64,000 nt of DNA from a virus (taxonomy: Duplodnaviria > Caudoviricetes), in IMG/VR virus record IMGVR_UViG_3300046170_000211, positions 685 through 64,684 of that record; one strand, written 5' to 3'. This document shows positions 28,078-38,190 of the stretch, piece by piece. The translations under genes and the position numbers were made by a program. The notes under the pieces are model-generated. The model was not told the origin of the DNA and did no database searches. It saw nothing but the letters and a program-made list of their open reading frames with translations. Numbering within the stretch: position 1 is the stretch's first letter; each line of letters starts with the position of its first letter.

Positions 28078-29034
28078 GGCAGAAACACCATAATTCGAAC
28101 CTTGGTTTCCTGTAGTGCTATAGTAATTATAAATAGCTTGTGATATACATCTCCAAGTTCCTGATTCAGTTGCTCTAGTTTTACCACTAATATGAGCTAA
28201 GTTAGCAGCAAATCCTGGCAGTATATAACCAAGTGTGGTTGGATCATTAGAGCCTGTCGTATTTTGAGTTCTCTTATATTCAAGACCAGTGCTGGTTACA
28301 TACATATTACTTGATTCATAACTAGCTGGAGCAATTTCTGTTCCAACACCTATAACAAGGCTATTTGAAGCACCACCAGATCCTTTATAATAAATAGCAA
28401 AATACTTTAAAGCTCCTACAGATGTTGCAGTGCTAGGAGCTACATTAATACCTGTTAAGTTTGATCCATCGATTGCAGGTAAAGCTCCTGTTAGTTTACT
28501 TGCTGTCAGAGTTGATATTCTTGCGTCCGCTACAGTACCAGATGAAATATTTGATCCATTCAAATTTGTAAGATGTTGACCATTACCGACTATATTTCCA
28601 GTTGCTGAAACTTCTCCGGTAACACCTATTCCACTTGCTGTTGTTTGTAATTTATTAGCGTTGTCGTAAAAAAGATTAGCTCCACCGTTAACCGCAGCGG
28701 TTACATAATTTTCTCCTGTCATACTTTGTAGTCTTAAATCATTAGCGTAGACATATCCTACAGTACCATCAGAAAACAACTTCATATCTTGCCCTGCTCC
28801 AAATATAACATTGTCAGAATCACCAAGATTTATATTACTATTAGTTGTTATGTCTCCTGTTAAAGAGCCTCCAGATAAATTTAGTTTACCGTTATCTAAA
28901 GATGTAAACTGTGTTTGAATATCTGATGTAACGCCGTCTAGATGTTGAAACTCAGTATTGTTTACTGAACCGTCAGCAATCTTACTAGCGTCAGGTACCG
29001 GAGTATTATAACGTCTCGATTCATATGTTGCCAT
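28051..29034 (-). CDS. Tail fibre protein
   Basis: LDGVTSDIQTQ, LTGALPAIDGSNLTG, GTWRC...GLFQRIS fibre motifs. Confidence 0.75.
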   Translation of the reverse strand: MATYESRRYNTPVPDASKIADGSVNNTEFQHLDGVTSDIQTQFTSLDNGKLNLSGGSLTGDITTNSNINLGDSDNVIFGAGQDMKLFSDGTVGYVYANDLRLQSMTGENYVTAAVNGGANLFYDNANKLQTTASGIGVTGEVSATGNIVGNGQHLTNLNGSNISSGTVADARISTLTASKLTGALPAIDGSNLTGINVAPSTATSVGALKYFAIYYKGSGGASNSLVIGVGTEIAPASYESSNMYVTSTGLEYKRTQNTTGSNDPTTLGYILPGFAANLAHISGKTRATESGTWRCISQAIYNYYSTTGNQGSNYGVSAGGLFQRIS

Positions 29035-29035
29035 A

Positions 29036-29788
29036 TTACTTCTCCGTTAATTTCCAGCCGTTAGTATTTCCTGTAAAGACAATTGTAAATGCAGCACCTT
29101 CAGTTGATACTGTTCCGTTTGCAGTTGCACCAAATATTTTTTTACCATTTGGGTTTATGGTTAGTGCGTTACTATCAAAAGTATCTGCTTTATCTAGAAA
29201 AGTAACCTCGTCTCCTTCAGCAGGAGAAGCTGGTAAAGTTAAAGTTATAGTATTTGATGTAGTGTCTACGAATATTTTTTCTCCACTAAAAACATTATCA
29301 GTTGCAGCAGTTACAGTTCTCCATGTTCCTCCACCAATACTTCCGCCTCCAGCGATCGTATACCAGTCAGTTCCATTTGTTGCAATTATAGCTCTGCCTC
29401 CTGGAGCTATAACATCTGAAGTGTTTCCTGATGTTCCTAATTGAAGTTGTATGGTACCATTATCAGTACCATCGTTTATAATTGTGTAAATTCTTTCATA
29501 ACCATTACCAACGTTTGCTTGTGGTTGTCTAATTACAAAAGCTGAAGTATGCCCAGAAAAACGAATTGCTGCTTGACGCATTTCATTGTTACCTTCTGTA
29601 ACTGGACCATTACTGTTTGTTAGATCATAAGGAGTAGAAACACCTCCTAAACTTTTTTCATATACATTAGAGATTGCTTCCTCAAATGTTTTACTAAATG
29701 TATCGTTAGTTGTGTTACCCCAAGAGTTTGCTTGTTCTCCTGAGCCTATTAGTTCCGCTTTTAAACGGGTTGAATATGTTGATGCCAT
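29036..29788 (-). CDS. Tail / baseplate-like structural protein
   Basis: GEQANSWG N-terminus; FVDTTSNTITLTLPASPAEGD repeat typical of tail proteins. Confidence 0.7.
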   Translation of the reverse strand: MASTYSTRLKAELIGSGEQANSWGNTTNDTFSKTFEEAISNVYEKSLGGVSTPYDLTNSNGPVTEGNNEMRQAAIRFSGHTSAFVIRQPQANVGNGYERIYTIINDGTDNGTIQLQLGTSGNTSDVIAPGGRAIIATNGTDWYTIAGGGSIGGGTWRTVTAATDNVFSGEKIFVDTTSNTITLTLPASPAEGDEVTFLDKADTFDSNALTINPNGKKIFGATANGTVSTEGAAFTIVFTGNTNGWKLTEK

Positions 29789-29789
29789 A

Positions 29790-30821
29790 TTATGCTACCT
29801 CTTGCCAGCTACTACCGCCAGCTCCTGTTGTTGAATCTACTTCACTATAAGAGCTTCCTCCAGCTCCTGTAGTTGATACATCTGACCAAGTTGCACCTCC
29901 AGTAGTTGTATCATCAACTGCACTCCATGTAAAGACAGATAATGGATTTGCTGTTAAAGTTAAACTTTCTCCTGTAACTGCTGCTGTAGGAGAAAGAGCA
30001 ATACTAACACCATTTACAGTTGTGTTTAAACTCTGTCCTGCAATGGTTGGAGCAATCTTCGGAGTGGCACTGTTTAGTGATATATTTGTGCTAACTCCAG
30101 ATACAGCAACTATTGATGAACCTGTAGCTGTAGCTGTTCCAACAGCTGAGTTAACTTGTAGACCTGTAATTGCTTCATGTATTCTAACTAAGTAAGATGG
30201 TGTTCCAACAGATAAAGTAGAGCTTGTTCCTGTGACAGCAATAATATGTCCTGTTGATAAACTTACTGTTCCAACTGAAGACGTAACAGAATTACCTGCA
30301 ATAGTTGGAGCAAGTAGTTCTTCTACAGATCCTAGAGTTATAGTAGAACTTGTTCCTGTTACTGCAACGTTAGCGTCAGCAACCGGTGATACTGTTCCTG
30401 CTGATAAAGTAGAACTTGTTCCTGTAACTGCAGCAACAGCGGTGCCTGTTGCAGTGGCAGTTCCTACATTTGATGTAATAGCATTTCCTGTAACGTTAAC
30501 GTTTAGCTCAGGTGTAACGGCACCTAAAGTAACATTTAATGCATTGCCTGTTAGCGTAACTGTTTGTCCAGCACTTATTCCAACTGTTCCTACGTTTGAT
30601 GTAATAGAATTACTTGCAATAGTTGGAGCAAGTTTTGTTGTTAGTGTTCCTGTATTTGATGTTAAAGAAAAACCATCTACAAAGTGAGTCTTTTGTATAG
30701 TATATGAATTACTAACAGTAGCAGTTAATGAGACGCCTGTTACATTGACAACCGCTCCTTCTCCTGGAGTACCTAGGGAAGAAAAAGGTGCGGTCGCAAA
30801 AGGTGCAAAACCGAATGACAT
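29790..30821 (-). CDS. T/V/G/S-rich repetitive tail structural protein
   Basis: Repeated VTGxSxTxxVGTV units. Confidence 0.65.
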   Translation of the reverse strand: MSFGFAPFATAPFSSLGTPGEGAVVNVTGVSLTATVSNSYTIQKTHFVDGFSLTSNTGTLTTKLAPTIASNSITSNVGTVGISAGQTVTLTGNALNVTLGAVTPELNVNVTGNAITSNVGTATATGTAVAAVTGTSSTLSAGTVSPVADANVAVTGTSSTITLGSVEELLAPTIAGNSVTSSVGTVSLSTGHIIAVTGTSSTLSVGTPSYLVRIHEAITGLQVNSAVGTATATGSSIVAVSGVSTNISLNSATPKIAPTIAGQSLNTTVNGVSIALSPTAAVTGESLTLTANPLSVFTWSAVDDTTTGGATWSDVSTTGAGGSSYSEVDSTTGAGGSSWQEVA

Positions 30822-32836
30822 TATTTATCCTTTTTCTTGTCTTCTAATTCTTTGATTGCTTCTATCAATAGAGGGACAAGTTTTTCATACCAAACACTTT
30901 TGTATTCAGAATTGAATGGTGCTTCAGTAACTACTTCAGGTAAAACTGCTTCAACTTCTTGAGCACTAACACCTACTTGACGTTTATCGTTGTCATATCC
31001 AAACGATCTGGCTAAATCATTTTCTTTAAAATAATAACCACCTATGGCTTTTACTTTATCTAAAGCAGAATCAATTGGTCCTTCAAAGTCTTTTAAACGC
31101 GAGTCACTGTAATACGCTGTGATGTTTGAGGTCGCTCGAATTTGGCCCGTTGGTCCTGCACCGGTTCCAACACCTAACGCTGTCATTTGATAAGATGTGT
31201 TTGTAATCGTACCACTTGGTCCTGTTGGTCCTGTTGGGCCTGTCGGTCCTGTGCCACCACTTGGTCCAGTAGGTCCAGCAGGTCCTGTTCCACCTGAAGG
31301 TCCTGGAGGTCCAGCGGGTCCTGTTCCACCAGCGGGTCCGGTGGGTCCAGCAGGTCCTGTGCCACCACTTGGTCCTGGTGGTCCGTCTGGTCCGTCTGGT
31401 CCTGTCGGTCCAGTGCCACCACTTGGTCCAGTAGGGCCACCTGGGCCCGTAGGTCCTGTCGGTCCGGTAGGTCCTGTCGGTCCAGCTAGAGCTGCGTTTG
31501 CAATAGTTGCTTTTCTAATTGCGCTTGCTGACGTATCGTAAACTGCAATAAGGTCATCACTTGCAATACTTGTTTCAGCCGTTTGGCCAGATACAACATC
31601 ACCAACAAGTGATCCTGTTATTGCAACTCCTGTATTAGTGGTTTCAAACTTCTTTGCATCGTTATAATAAATATTTACGGCTCCGTTTAAATTACATTGT
31701 ACGGCTGTCTCGTTAGATACACCTAAACCTAAAACTGCATCTCCTCTTAAATATAATCCACCTGTTCCAACATCTTTAATAAATGAGTTAGTTCCGTCAT
31801 GGTAAATTTCTAAATCAGCACTATTACCAAAAGTAGCTTTAACATCATCACCATGAGCAACATTACCAGTCATAGTGCCACCTGCTTTTGGCAAGGCAGC
31901 ATTTGCAGTTGTTGTTGTGGAAGTTAATACTGCGTCTCTTGTTGCAATATCAATGCCATCAACTGTTCCAGAAACAGCTACATTACCACTTACAGACGCA
32001 CCAGATGCAGTAGTAGAAAACTTAACTGTTCCGTTGTGACATAAATCAACAGCACCTCCATCAGTTCCACGAAGAAAATCTCCAGTTCCTCCGGCATTTG
32101 CTATTCTAACATCCGTTCCTTGTAGTCTTAAGTTTCCAGTACCAGCGTCTTTAATAACGCTGTCTGTACCATCGTGAAATATTTCTAAATCATTACTATC
32201 ACCATACTGAGATTTTACATTGTCGCCATGTATAGTAGCTCCTGTCATAGTACCACCAGCTTTAGGTAAAGCTGCATTGGCGGTTGTAGTTGTAGAAGTT
32301 AATACTGAATCTCTTGCTGAAATATCTACGCCATCAACTGTTTCTGAACCTGACATAGTTATGTTAGCGCCACTTAAAACTAAGTTGCCTGACATAGTTC
32401 CGCCAGCTTTAGGTAAAGCGGCGTTAGCTGTAGTTGTAGTAGAAGTTAAAACTCCGTCTCTAGTTTGTATGTCAATGCCATCAACTGTGCCGGCAACTGT
32501 TACATTACCGCTTGCATCTTCGAACACTGCTTTACTAGCAGGTTGTGTACAGAATACATTTTTTGTACCTGCGCCAAAGTTTACAGCATTGTTAGAGTTA
32601 GAACTTCTAAGAATTGTGTCACGTGAGAGTGTGTCGGGAGTTGCGTCAGTGACAGTACCAATACCTACTTCAAAGTCTGCTCCACCATCAGCTTCTATAC
32701 AATAGTAAGTTGTATTACTATTACCAATACCAGCAACAAAAGTCGTGAAGCCTTGAGAGGCTCCAGCGAGATTTATTGTACCCGTACCTGTGCTGGTGCT
32801 AGTCTCTTTGACTCGATCATTAAGAACAAGGGCCAT
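30821..32836 (-). CDS. Tail fibre with collagen-like repeats and C-terminal peptidase S74 (intramolecular chaperone) domain
   Basis: DRVKET N-terminus; three copies of [16 protein letters not shown]; about 30 G-X-Y triplets; [36 protein letters not shown]. Confidence 0.85.
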   Translation of the reverse strand: MALVLNDRVKETSTSTGTGTINLAGASQGFTTFVAGIGNSNTTYYCIEADGGADFEVGIGTVTDATPDTLSRDTILRSSNSNNAVNFGAGTKNVFCTQPASKAVFEDASGNVTVAGTVDGIDIQTRDGVLTSTTTTANAALPKAGGTMSGNLVLSGANITMSGSETVDGVDISARDSVLTSTTTTANAALPKAGGTMTGATIHGDNVKSQYGDSNDLEIFHDGTDSVIKDAGTGNLRLQGTDVRIANAGGTGDFLRGTDGGAVDLCHNGTVKFSTTASGASVSGNVAVSGTVDGIDIATRDAVLTSTTTTANAALPKAGGTMTGNVAHGDDVKATFGNSADLEIYHDGTNSFIKDVGTGGLYLRGDAVLGLGVSNETAVQCNLNGAVNIYYNDAKKFETTNTGVAITGSLVGDVVSGQTAETSIASDDLIAVYDTSASAIRKATIANAALAGPTGPTGPTGPTGPGGPTGPSGGTGPTGPDGPDGPPGPSGGTGPAGPTGPAGGTGPAGPPGPSGGTGPAGPTGPSGGTGPTGPTGPTGPSGTITNTSYQMTALGVGTGAGPTGQIRATSNITAYYSDSRLKDFEGPIDSALDKVKAIGGYYFKENDLARSFGYDNDKRQVGVSAQEVEAVLPEVVTEAPFNSEYKSVWYEKLVPLLIEAIKELEDKKKDK

Positions 32837-32845
32837 TTAAACTCC

Positions 32846-33292
32846 TTACCCTAATCTGATGATCTCTGATCCACCACCGTTTGCTGGGAATTGAATTTCA
32901 AATGTTCCGTTTGAAGCTGTAAAGTCACCACCGAACGCTAACACAACAACAGCATCATTAGTTGGAGCACTACCATCTTGTCTGTAAATCAAAGCACCAT
33001 TCGCAGTGAATGAAGCACTAGCCCAACTAACATTAGCAAAGTCAACAAATGCTGTAGTAGCATTTTGACCACCAGTTACTGATGGGCTGCCACAAACTTT
33101 TCCCCCTGCTGAATAAGCAGAACCAGAAGCGTTTGTTATTTCGTTAGTTGTTACATATTTCGTAGTAGTTGCACCCATAGTTGCTGAAGAAGTATAAAGC
33201 GCAATATAGTAAGTAGCACCACCATCGAAATCGTGATTACCTTTTAAAAGCTCTTGTTTAAAAACATTACAAACTGCTTGTGATATTGCCAT
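32846..33292 (-). CDS. Virion structural protein
   Basis: FKQELL, IALYTSSA, FTANGALIY, FGGDFTASNGTF motifs. Confidence 0.7.
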   Translation of the reverse strand: MAISQAVCNVFKQELLKGNHDFDGGATYYIALYTSSATMGATTTKYVTTNEITNASGSAYSAGGKVCGSPSVTGGQNATTAFVDFANVSWASASFTANGALIYRQDGSAPTNDAVVVLAFGGDFTASNGTFEIQFPANGGGSEIIRLG

Positions 33293-33304
33293 AATTTTCT
33301 CCTA

Positions 33305-34003
33305 TTAAGGGTTTTGAGAAGGTATAGGAATACGTAAACTTCCGTCCCTATATTCATCTCTTCGTTTTTTACCTAATTGTTCTTGAGCAAGTTCTTGAAG
33401 AGCTTCTTGAAAAGCTTGTTCATATACTTGTTGATCTTGTGGAGCTTTTAAAAACTTAAAAGTTTCCACCATGCAGGCATATAATAAAGCACGTTCAGCA
33501 TTTACGCTAACCCATGTAGTCGTATTACCGGTACCTAAGCCTGTTGGTTTTTTAGTAATACCAATCTCAAATTTATACACCGCATTTGGTGTAGGCGCAA
33601 TAGCTATTGTGCCCATGTCCCAAGTCGCATAGTACCTAGGCTTAGCTGTCGACCCTACTTCTGGAGTAGGATAATATTCATTTAAAAAATCTGCATCAAC
33701 TCTTTCCAGCTCAAATCTCTCTTTAGTGCCTGAGTTTACGTATATTGTAACATATCTTATTGTGGCAATATCGCTAATTGTTGGTGTGGTAGCAGAGGTT
33801 GTCTGTCCTGGTAAACTTACAAATCTGTTATTAGCCGCTGTATTACCGCTGATGTATTCTTTAAAATTATCTAGCTCAACGTTTCTAAAAATTCTATCTT
33901 CTGCATGAGCTATAATGTCATTTATAATAGTTGTAGTCAGAACCTGAGCGTCTGTTTCTGCATAGTCTCTAATTTGTGTTACTAGTTCTGCGTATGTGGT
34001 CAT
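33305..34003 (-). CDS. Head-tail adaptor / tail tubular protein
   Basis: MTTYAELVTQIRDY, PRYYA, APTP, LLYACMVE, RRDEYRDG. Confidence 0.7.
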   Translation of the reverse strand: MTTYAELVTQIRDYAETDAQVLTTTIINDIIAHAEDRIFRNVELDNFKEYISGNTAANNRFVSLPGQTTSATTPTISDIATIRYVTIYVNSGTKERFELERVDADFLNEYYPTPEVGSTAKPRYYATWDMGTIAIAPTPNAVYKFEIGITKKPTGLGTGNTTTWVSVNAERALLYACMVETFKFLKAPQDQQVYEQAFQEALQELAQEQLGKKRRDEYRDGSLRIPIPSQNP

Positions 34004-35022
34004 GGTAATATACTAACAGGTCCTATTGACATTCCTGCTCCTCCAAAGTTCCTTATACCACCACTTTCATAATATTTAAAGGCTTTACCTCCACCAGCTA
34101 CAAATTGATCAACATAGTCAGTTCTGTCATCAATCAATAATTTATTTGCTCCACCATAAGATCCTTTATTAAAATTTGTAGTGTAATTTGTTGCTGCTGG
34201 AGCTCTACCAACACCTGAGCCAATAGTTCCAAAGTTTGCTGTAACCCATGCATTTTTTTGATTTGTTATAGAAGTAGATGTAGTTGATGATAAAACTTCC
34301 CAAGATCCATTCTTAGCTATAATTAAATCAATTAATGCATCAGCTTCTGCTCTTTTAGCTAAAGTTTGAAAAAAAGTTGAAGGAGCAGCTGCAGCCGCTT
34401 GTAACTCGATTGCCGGAGTCATATTATACCAATCACCGTCTGAAGCTAACAAACCCTGTGATATAGCAAATGTTGCGATAGCTTGATAATATTCTGTTAA
34501 TGTACCATCAAGATCTACATATACAGTCGTGGTTCCTGGGACACAATTGTCAGTTAAAAAATTTTCTACTAAATCATTTGGACTAAATGAAAAATTTTCA
34601 TCATCTATTTTTGTAAGAACATGTCCTCTGGCATCATTAATATTGTCGTCATCAACTCTTGCTACTTGAGGGTAAATAGGAAAGTGTGATTCTACTCCTC
34701 TAAATCTTAAACGGTTTCCAGTGCTGTATCCATGACCAGGTAAATTAACATTAACTAAAATAGAATCTACTGCTCCTGCAGCAAGAGAATTAGCTGTTAA
34801 TATTTGTGGTACAGGAGGTTCTGTTCTAGCAGGTCTAGCATTTTGTAATCCTTCAGCATCTCCTAAATGTGTTCTAGGTTCTAGTTGTGGGTGTTTTGGT
34901 TCAAACTCTGATTGGTGTACAAAAGCACCGTTCCATTCTTTAACCATTTCTGTATATGGAAATGCCATACCGCTTCGGTCTGAAATTGCTTTAGCATTTT
35001 TTCCTGTTGAAAATCTAGACAT
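34000..35022 (-). CDS. Virion-module protein carrying an inserted HAD-family 5'(3')-nucleotidase-like domain
   Basis: N-terminus AISDRSG...EPKHPQL; internal YVDLDGTL (HAD motif I) and LLIDDR (motif IV). Confidence 0.65.
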   Translation of the reverse strand: MSRFSTGKNAKAISDRSGMAFPYTEMVKEWNGAFVHQSEFEPKHPQLEPRTHLGDAEGLQNARPARTEPPVPQILTANSLAAGAVDSILVNVNLPGHGYSTGNRLRFRGVESHFPIYPQVARVDDDNINDARGHVLTKIDDENFSFSPNDLVENFLTDNCVPGTTTVYVDLDGTLTEYYQAIATFAISQGLLASDGDWYNMTPAIELQAAAAAPSTFFQTLAKRAEADALIDLIIAKNGSWEVLSSTTSTSITNQKNAWVTANFGTIGSGVGRAPAATNYTTNFNKGSYGGANKLLIDDRTDYVDQFVAGGGKAFKYYESGGIRNFGGAGMSIGPVSILP

Positions 35023-35034
35023 TAACTACATCAC

Positions 35035-35778
35035 CTATAAATTTGGGTAATATGCCTGTGGTGCTATATACGTGCTAGTAGAAGACCCATCCTCTACTAA
35101 GGCTCTATTAAACTCATCTTCGTACAACATTTTTAAATTATTAGTTAGCTCAGGTTTTACTTTTTGAGAAAGGTAATAAGCTAAACCAGAAACCATACAA
35201 GGTACAAATCTATAAGGTACGTCTGCTGTGTTACTGTATCCACCTACGTCTTGAATACGTTTAACATAGTACATTGTAACGTGTTGAGCAGCCGCGTCAG
35301 CATCAGGTGTAGGGTAAAGAGTAATTGTAATATTATCACTAAATCTTTGAACGTAATACTGAGAAGGTTGAGACTTTGTAAGTTTATTTGATAAACTTTG
35401 AAACGTACTTCTGTCTATTTTACTAAGAGACGAATCTGATTGATTTGTAGTCGCTCTATTTCTTCTAAACGCAGCTTCTAAAACATCATCTATTCCATGA
35501 ATACCATTAGGTATTGATGTTGCGCTTGTACCATCAGCAGCGTCTCTAAAAAATTTATACTCTCCCTGTCCTTCAACAAGATCAATATCTAGATTACCTA
35601 TTTCCCAATAATGTAGTCCTCTATTGGCCCATTCTTGAAACATTATATTTAAAGAACGTCTTGCTGATTTTAACTGATAACCACTAACAGAATCTAAGCC
35701 TACTCTATTGTAAGCTTCTTCAATAATGTCATCAATTAAGAAACCACTCTCAAAATTAGTAGTACCTGATGTTGCCAT
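35035..35778 (-). CDS. Head-tail connector protein
   Basis: IIEEAY, ARRSLN...WANRG, PSQYY, VPYRFVPCMVSGLAYYL. Confidence 0.7.
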   Translation of the reverse strand: MATSGTTNFESGFLIDDIIEEAYNRVGLDSVSGYQLKSARRSLNIMFQEWANRGLHYWEIGNLDIDLVEGQGEYKFFRDAADGTSATSIPNGIHGIDDVLEAAFRRNRATTNQSDSSLSKIDRSTFQSLSNKLTKSQPSQYYVQRFSDNITITLYPTPDADAAAQHVTMYYVKRIQDVGGYSNTADVPYRFVPCMVSGLAYYLSQKVKPELTNNLKMLYEDEFNRALVEDGSSTSTYIAPQAYYPNL

Positions 35779-35786
35779 TTAGCCCC

Positions 35787-36074
35787 CTAGTTAAAAGTAA
35801 TAGTGCAGCTGCCTGATCCAGAGATTGTTAAGTGACAACCATTTTTCATTCTAATACCACTTCCAGGAACAAAAACTTCTAGTCCTTCTGTTCCAAAAAG
35901 AAATGTATGAGCTGTACCTGCTCCTGTAGTTGCATTGTCATGCAAAATAACAGAACCACTTGCGTTGCCCTTTGCTTGAATAGATGTAACTCTGCAAGGC
36001 CCACCGACTAAAGGGCCGGTAGCAGTTGCTTGAGCTGTTCTCTGGTCTGATGTGAAAGATCCTCCACCTGACAT
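35787..36074 (-). CDS. Small virion protein
   Basis: ORF track; GGAGG RBS; head module position. Confidence 0.65.
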   Translation of the reverse strand: MSGGGSFTSDQRTAQATATGPLVGGPCRVTSIQAKGNASGSVILHDNATTGAGTAHTFLFGTEGLEVFVPGSGIRMKNGCHLTISGSGSCTITFN

Positions 36075-36094
36075 AATATTATCCTCCTAAATTA

Positions 36095-36112
36095 GTGGGG
36101 CCGAAGCCCCAC
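36095..36112 (-). terminator. Hairpin with UUCG loop
   Basis: GTGGGGC-TTCG-GCCCCAC on the minus strand. Confidence 0.6.
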
Positions 36113-36125
36113 ATTTAATTTTGTA

Positions 36126-36536
36126 TTAAGCTACTGTTGCGCCGTTTACTGAGCTAGCAACCCAACCGACAGTACTATTCCAAACTAAAGTAACTGATTC
36201 ACCTACTGCATCGAAAGCAATTGTGCTTCCGTTTGCAAATGTAGTTGGAGTAACTGTTGCAGTTCCACCACCATCAACAATATGGTTGATGATTTTAATT
36301 TGTCCTGAAGTTGATCCATCAGCTAAAGTTACTGCAGCGGCTCCAGCCCCTGTAGTAAGCTCTGTTATTAGGTTTACAATATCTGCAGCTCCTGCGCCTG
36401 ATAATGCTTGTACACCGCCTCTAATGGCTTTGTTGTAAGAAGCATTACTAGTTATAGCACCAGTAGTTGCATTTTTTGTTATATCTTCGAACCCGCTTTC
36501 TGATCTAACCGGTCCTGAAAAAGTAGTTGTACCCAT
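36126..36536 (-). CDS. Head fibre / decoration protein
   Basis: MGTTTFSGPVRSESGF N-terminus; directly after the capsid gene. Confidence 0.6.
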   Translation of the reverse strand: MGTTTFSGPVRSESGFEDITKNATTGAITSNASYNKAIRGGVQALSGAGAADIVNLITELTTGAGAAAVTLADGSTSGQIKIINHIVDGGGTATVTPTTFANGSTIAFDAVGESVTLVWNSTVGWVASSVNGATVA

Positions 36537-36630
36537 GTTTATGTCCTCCTGTTAATTAACACAGTCGCGAGGCCGTCTGGTCAAGTCTGTGTTTCTTCGA
36601 ATATACGCTTTTAATTTAGTAAATGCAAAT

Positions 36631-36655
36631 AAAAAGGGGCGCCGAAGCGCCCCTT
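36631..36655 (-). terminator. Rho-independent terminator after the major capsid gene
   Basis: GGGGCGC-TTCG-GCGCCCC-TTTTT on the minus strand. Confidence 0.85.
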
Positions 36656-36678
36656 AAAATGGTTTATAACCTTACTGA

Positions 36679-37581
36679 TTATACACCTGGAGATCCGAAG
36701 ATACCTCTAGGATCAGAGAAGCCGAAGCTGTATCTTTCCCTAGCTTTATATCTAACGTTACCAGTTTCAAAATCGCCTTCCATGGCAGTTTTGATTGGTG
36801 CTCTAACCATGTGTTTCATTCCGTTAGGAACATCTGTCTTAATGAAGAAAGACTCTGTATCAGCTAGGAAGTTATTTACCACAAATCCTTGTGGTATCAT
36901 TCCCATTGATTTCATCGCATTTGCATCATTGTCAGCAGTGCCAACTCTTAGAGCAGATTTCATGATTCTTTCAGCTGCAAATTGCTGAGATGGGTGAATG
37001 ATTAATTTCATTCCCTTAGCAGCAATTTTTAGTCCACGCTCGTCTGTCATTTTAGCAATGTCAATTAAAGACTGCTCTAATGAAGTTTCAGATAAATCAG
37101 CGGGTGTCGCTAATTCATTTGCAAACGTTCCAGCAATTACTGGGTGGTTAGTTGCACAAAGTGCAACACCATCACCACCTGTAGAAGTAGTGAAAGCTCC
37201 ATCTAGAATTGCAGCAGCTTTAAGTTGCTTAGTTTGAGCCATAGAACGTGCTAGTGCTTTCGTATAACGAGTTGAAATCTTATCATACAAGTTATCTTCA
37301 ACAGCTTCCTCAGTAATAGAGAAAGCGAGAGCAATTGTCTCATGTTGATATCTTGCAGTGTAAGTTTCCTGCGCGCTATCGTAAACCACTGCTGCGCCTT
37401 CTGACTTAACGGCAGCTTTGTCGAAACCTGATAACATTACTTCTTCTTCGAATGCTCGATCAGAATTTTCTGTATCATAAATTTCAGCGTGTTGGTTTTC
37501 GTAGTTTTTGTACTCAAGTCCAAATAATGCATTCAGACCTGGCTCTAGCTCTTTAGCGAGCTGTTGTCTTGATATAGCCAT
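36679..37581 (-). CDS. Major capsid protein
   Basis: MAISRQQLAKELEPGLNALFGLEY...RYKARERYSFGFSDPRGIFGSPG; follows scaffold; strong RBS and terminator. Confidence 0.88.
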   Translation of the reverse strand: MAISRQQLAKELEPGLNALFGLEYKNYENQHAEIYDTENSDRAFEEEVMLSGFDKAAVKSEGAAVVYDSAQETYTARYQHETIALAFSITEEAVEDNLYDKISTRYTKALARSMAQTKQLKAAAILDGAFTTSTGGDGVALCATNHPVIAGTFANELATPADLSETSLEQSLIDIAKMTDERGLKIAAKGMKLIIHPSQQFAAERIMKSALRVGTADNDANAMKSMGMIPQGFVVNNFLADTESFFIKTDVPNGMKHMVRAPIKTAMEGDFETGNVRYKARERYSFGFSDPRGIFGSPGV

Positions 37582-37599
37582 ATAATTATCCTCCTGCTA

Positions 37600-38139
37600 T
37601 TATTTGTAAACGTGTTCATTAATAAGAACTTCATACAGCAAGTTGGCTGAACCAACCTCATTACGACCTTCTTTGTCAGAAAGTCCAACGACACGAACAT
37701 TAATTTTATTTGCGCCGCCAAAGTTTGCTGAATCAACTTCCATTGCTGAAACACCTGTTGATGTATTACCGGTACCCGCGTTAATGTCACCTAAGTTACC
37801 CAAGTTACTTTGTGCTGAAGCAGCATCACCTTGTATCTCAAAGGTTTGGTAAGGGTCGTCATAGATAAACATAGACGCTACTTGAGCAGCCGGTCTATTG
37901 TTTTTAAAAGTGGGTTTTCCATCGGAATCGTCAAAGTTACATCCCCAAAAAACTCCTACAAATGCTGTGTCAGCAGCTGCACCTCTTTCAATATTTCCTG
38001 CGTTTAATTTACATAAATCGCCTTGAAATATTTGAACGTTGTGCCCTGCAACAGCAGTGTATTTGTTCATTGCCGGTGATGTACCACCGCCGATTTTTCC
38101 AATAGGATTGAACCCGTTTGGCGAGTCTAAATTTGCCAT
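37600..38139 (-). CDS. Capsid cement / decoration protein
   Basis: MANLDSPNGF, IFQGD, GVFWGC, YDDP; directly upstream of the capsid gene. Confidence 0.6.
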   Translation of the reverse strand: MANLDSPNGFNPIGKIGGGTSPAMNKYTAVAGHNVQIFQGDLCKLNAGNIERGAAADTAFVGVFWGCNFDDSDGKPTFKNNRPAAQVASMFIYDDPYQTFEIQGDAASAQSNLGNLGDINAGTGNTSTGVSAMEVDSANFGGANKINVRVVGLSDKEGRNEVGSANLLYEVLINEHVYK

Positions 38140-38190
38140 AGTTGTTTTCCTCCTTAAAGGGTTATTGTTAAATCGATGGTTGAGAAAAGA

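Noticed and set aside
26353-29051. Diversity-generating retroelement or invertase shufflon at the fibre locus
   Set aside because: No reverse transcriptase or recombinase seen; repeats are short and direct, without adenine-specific variation.
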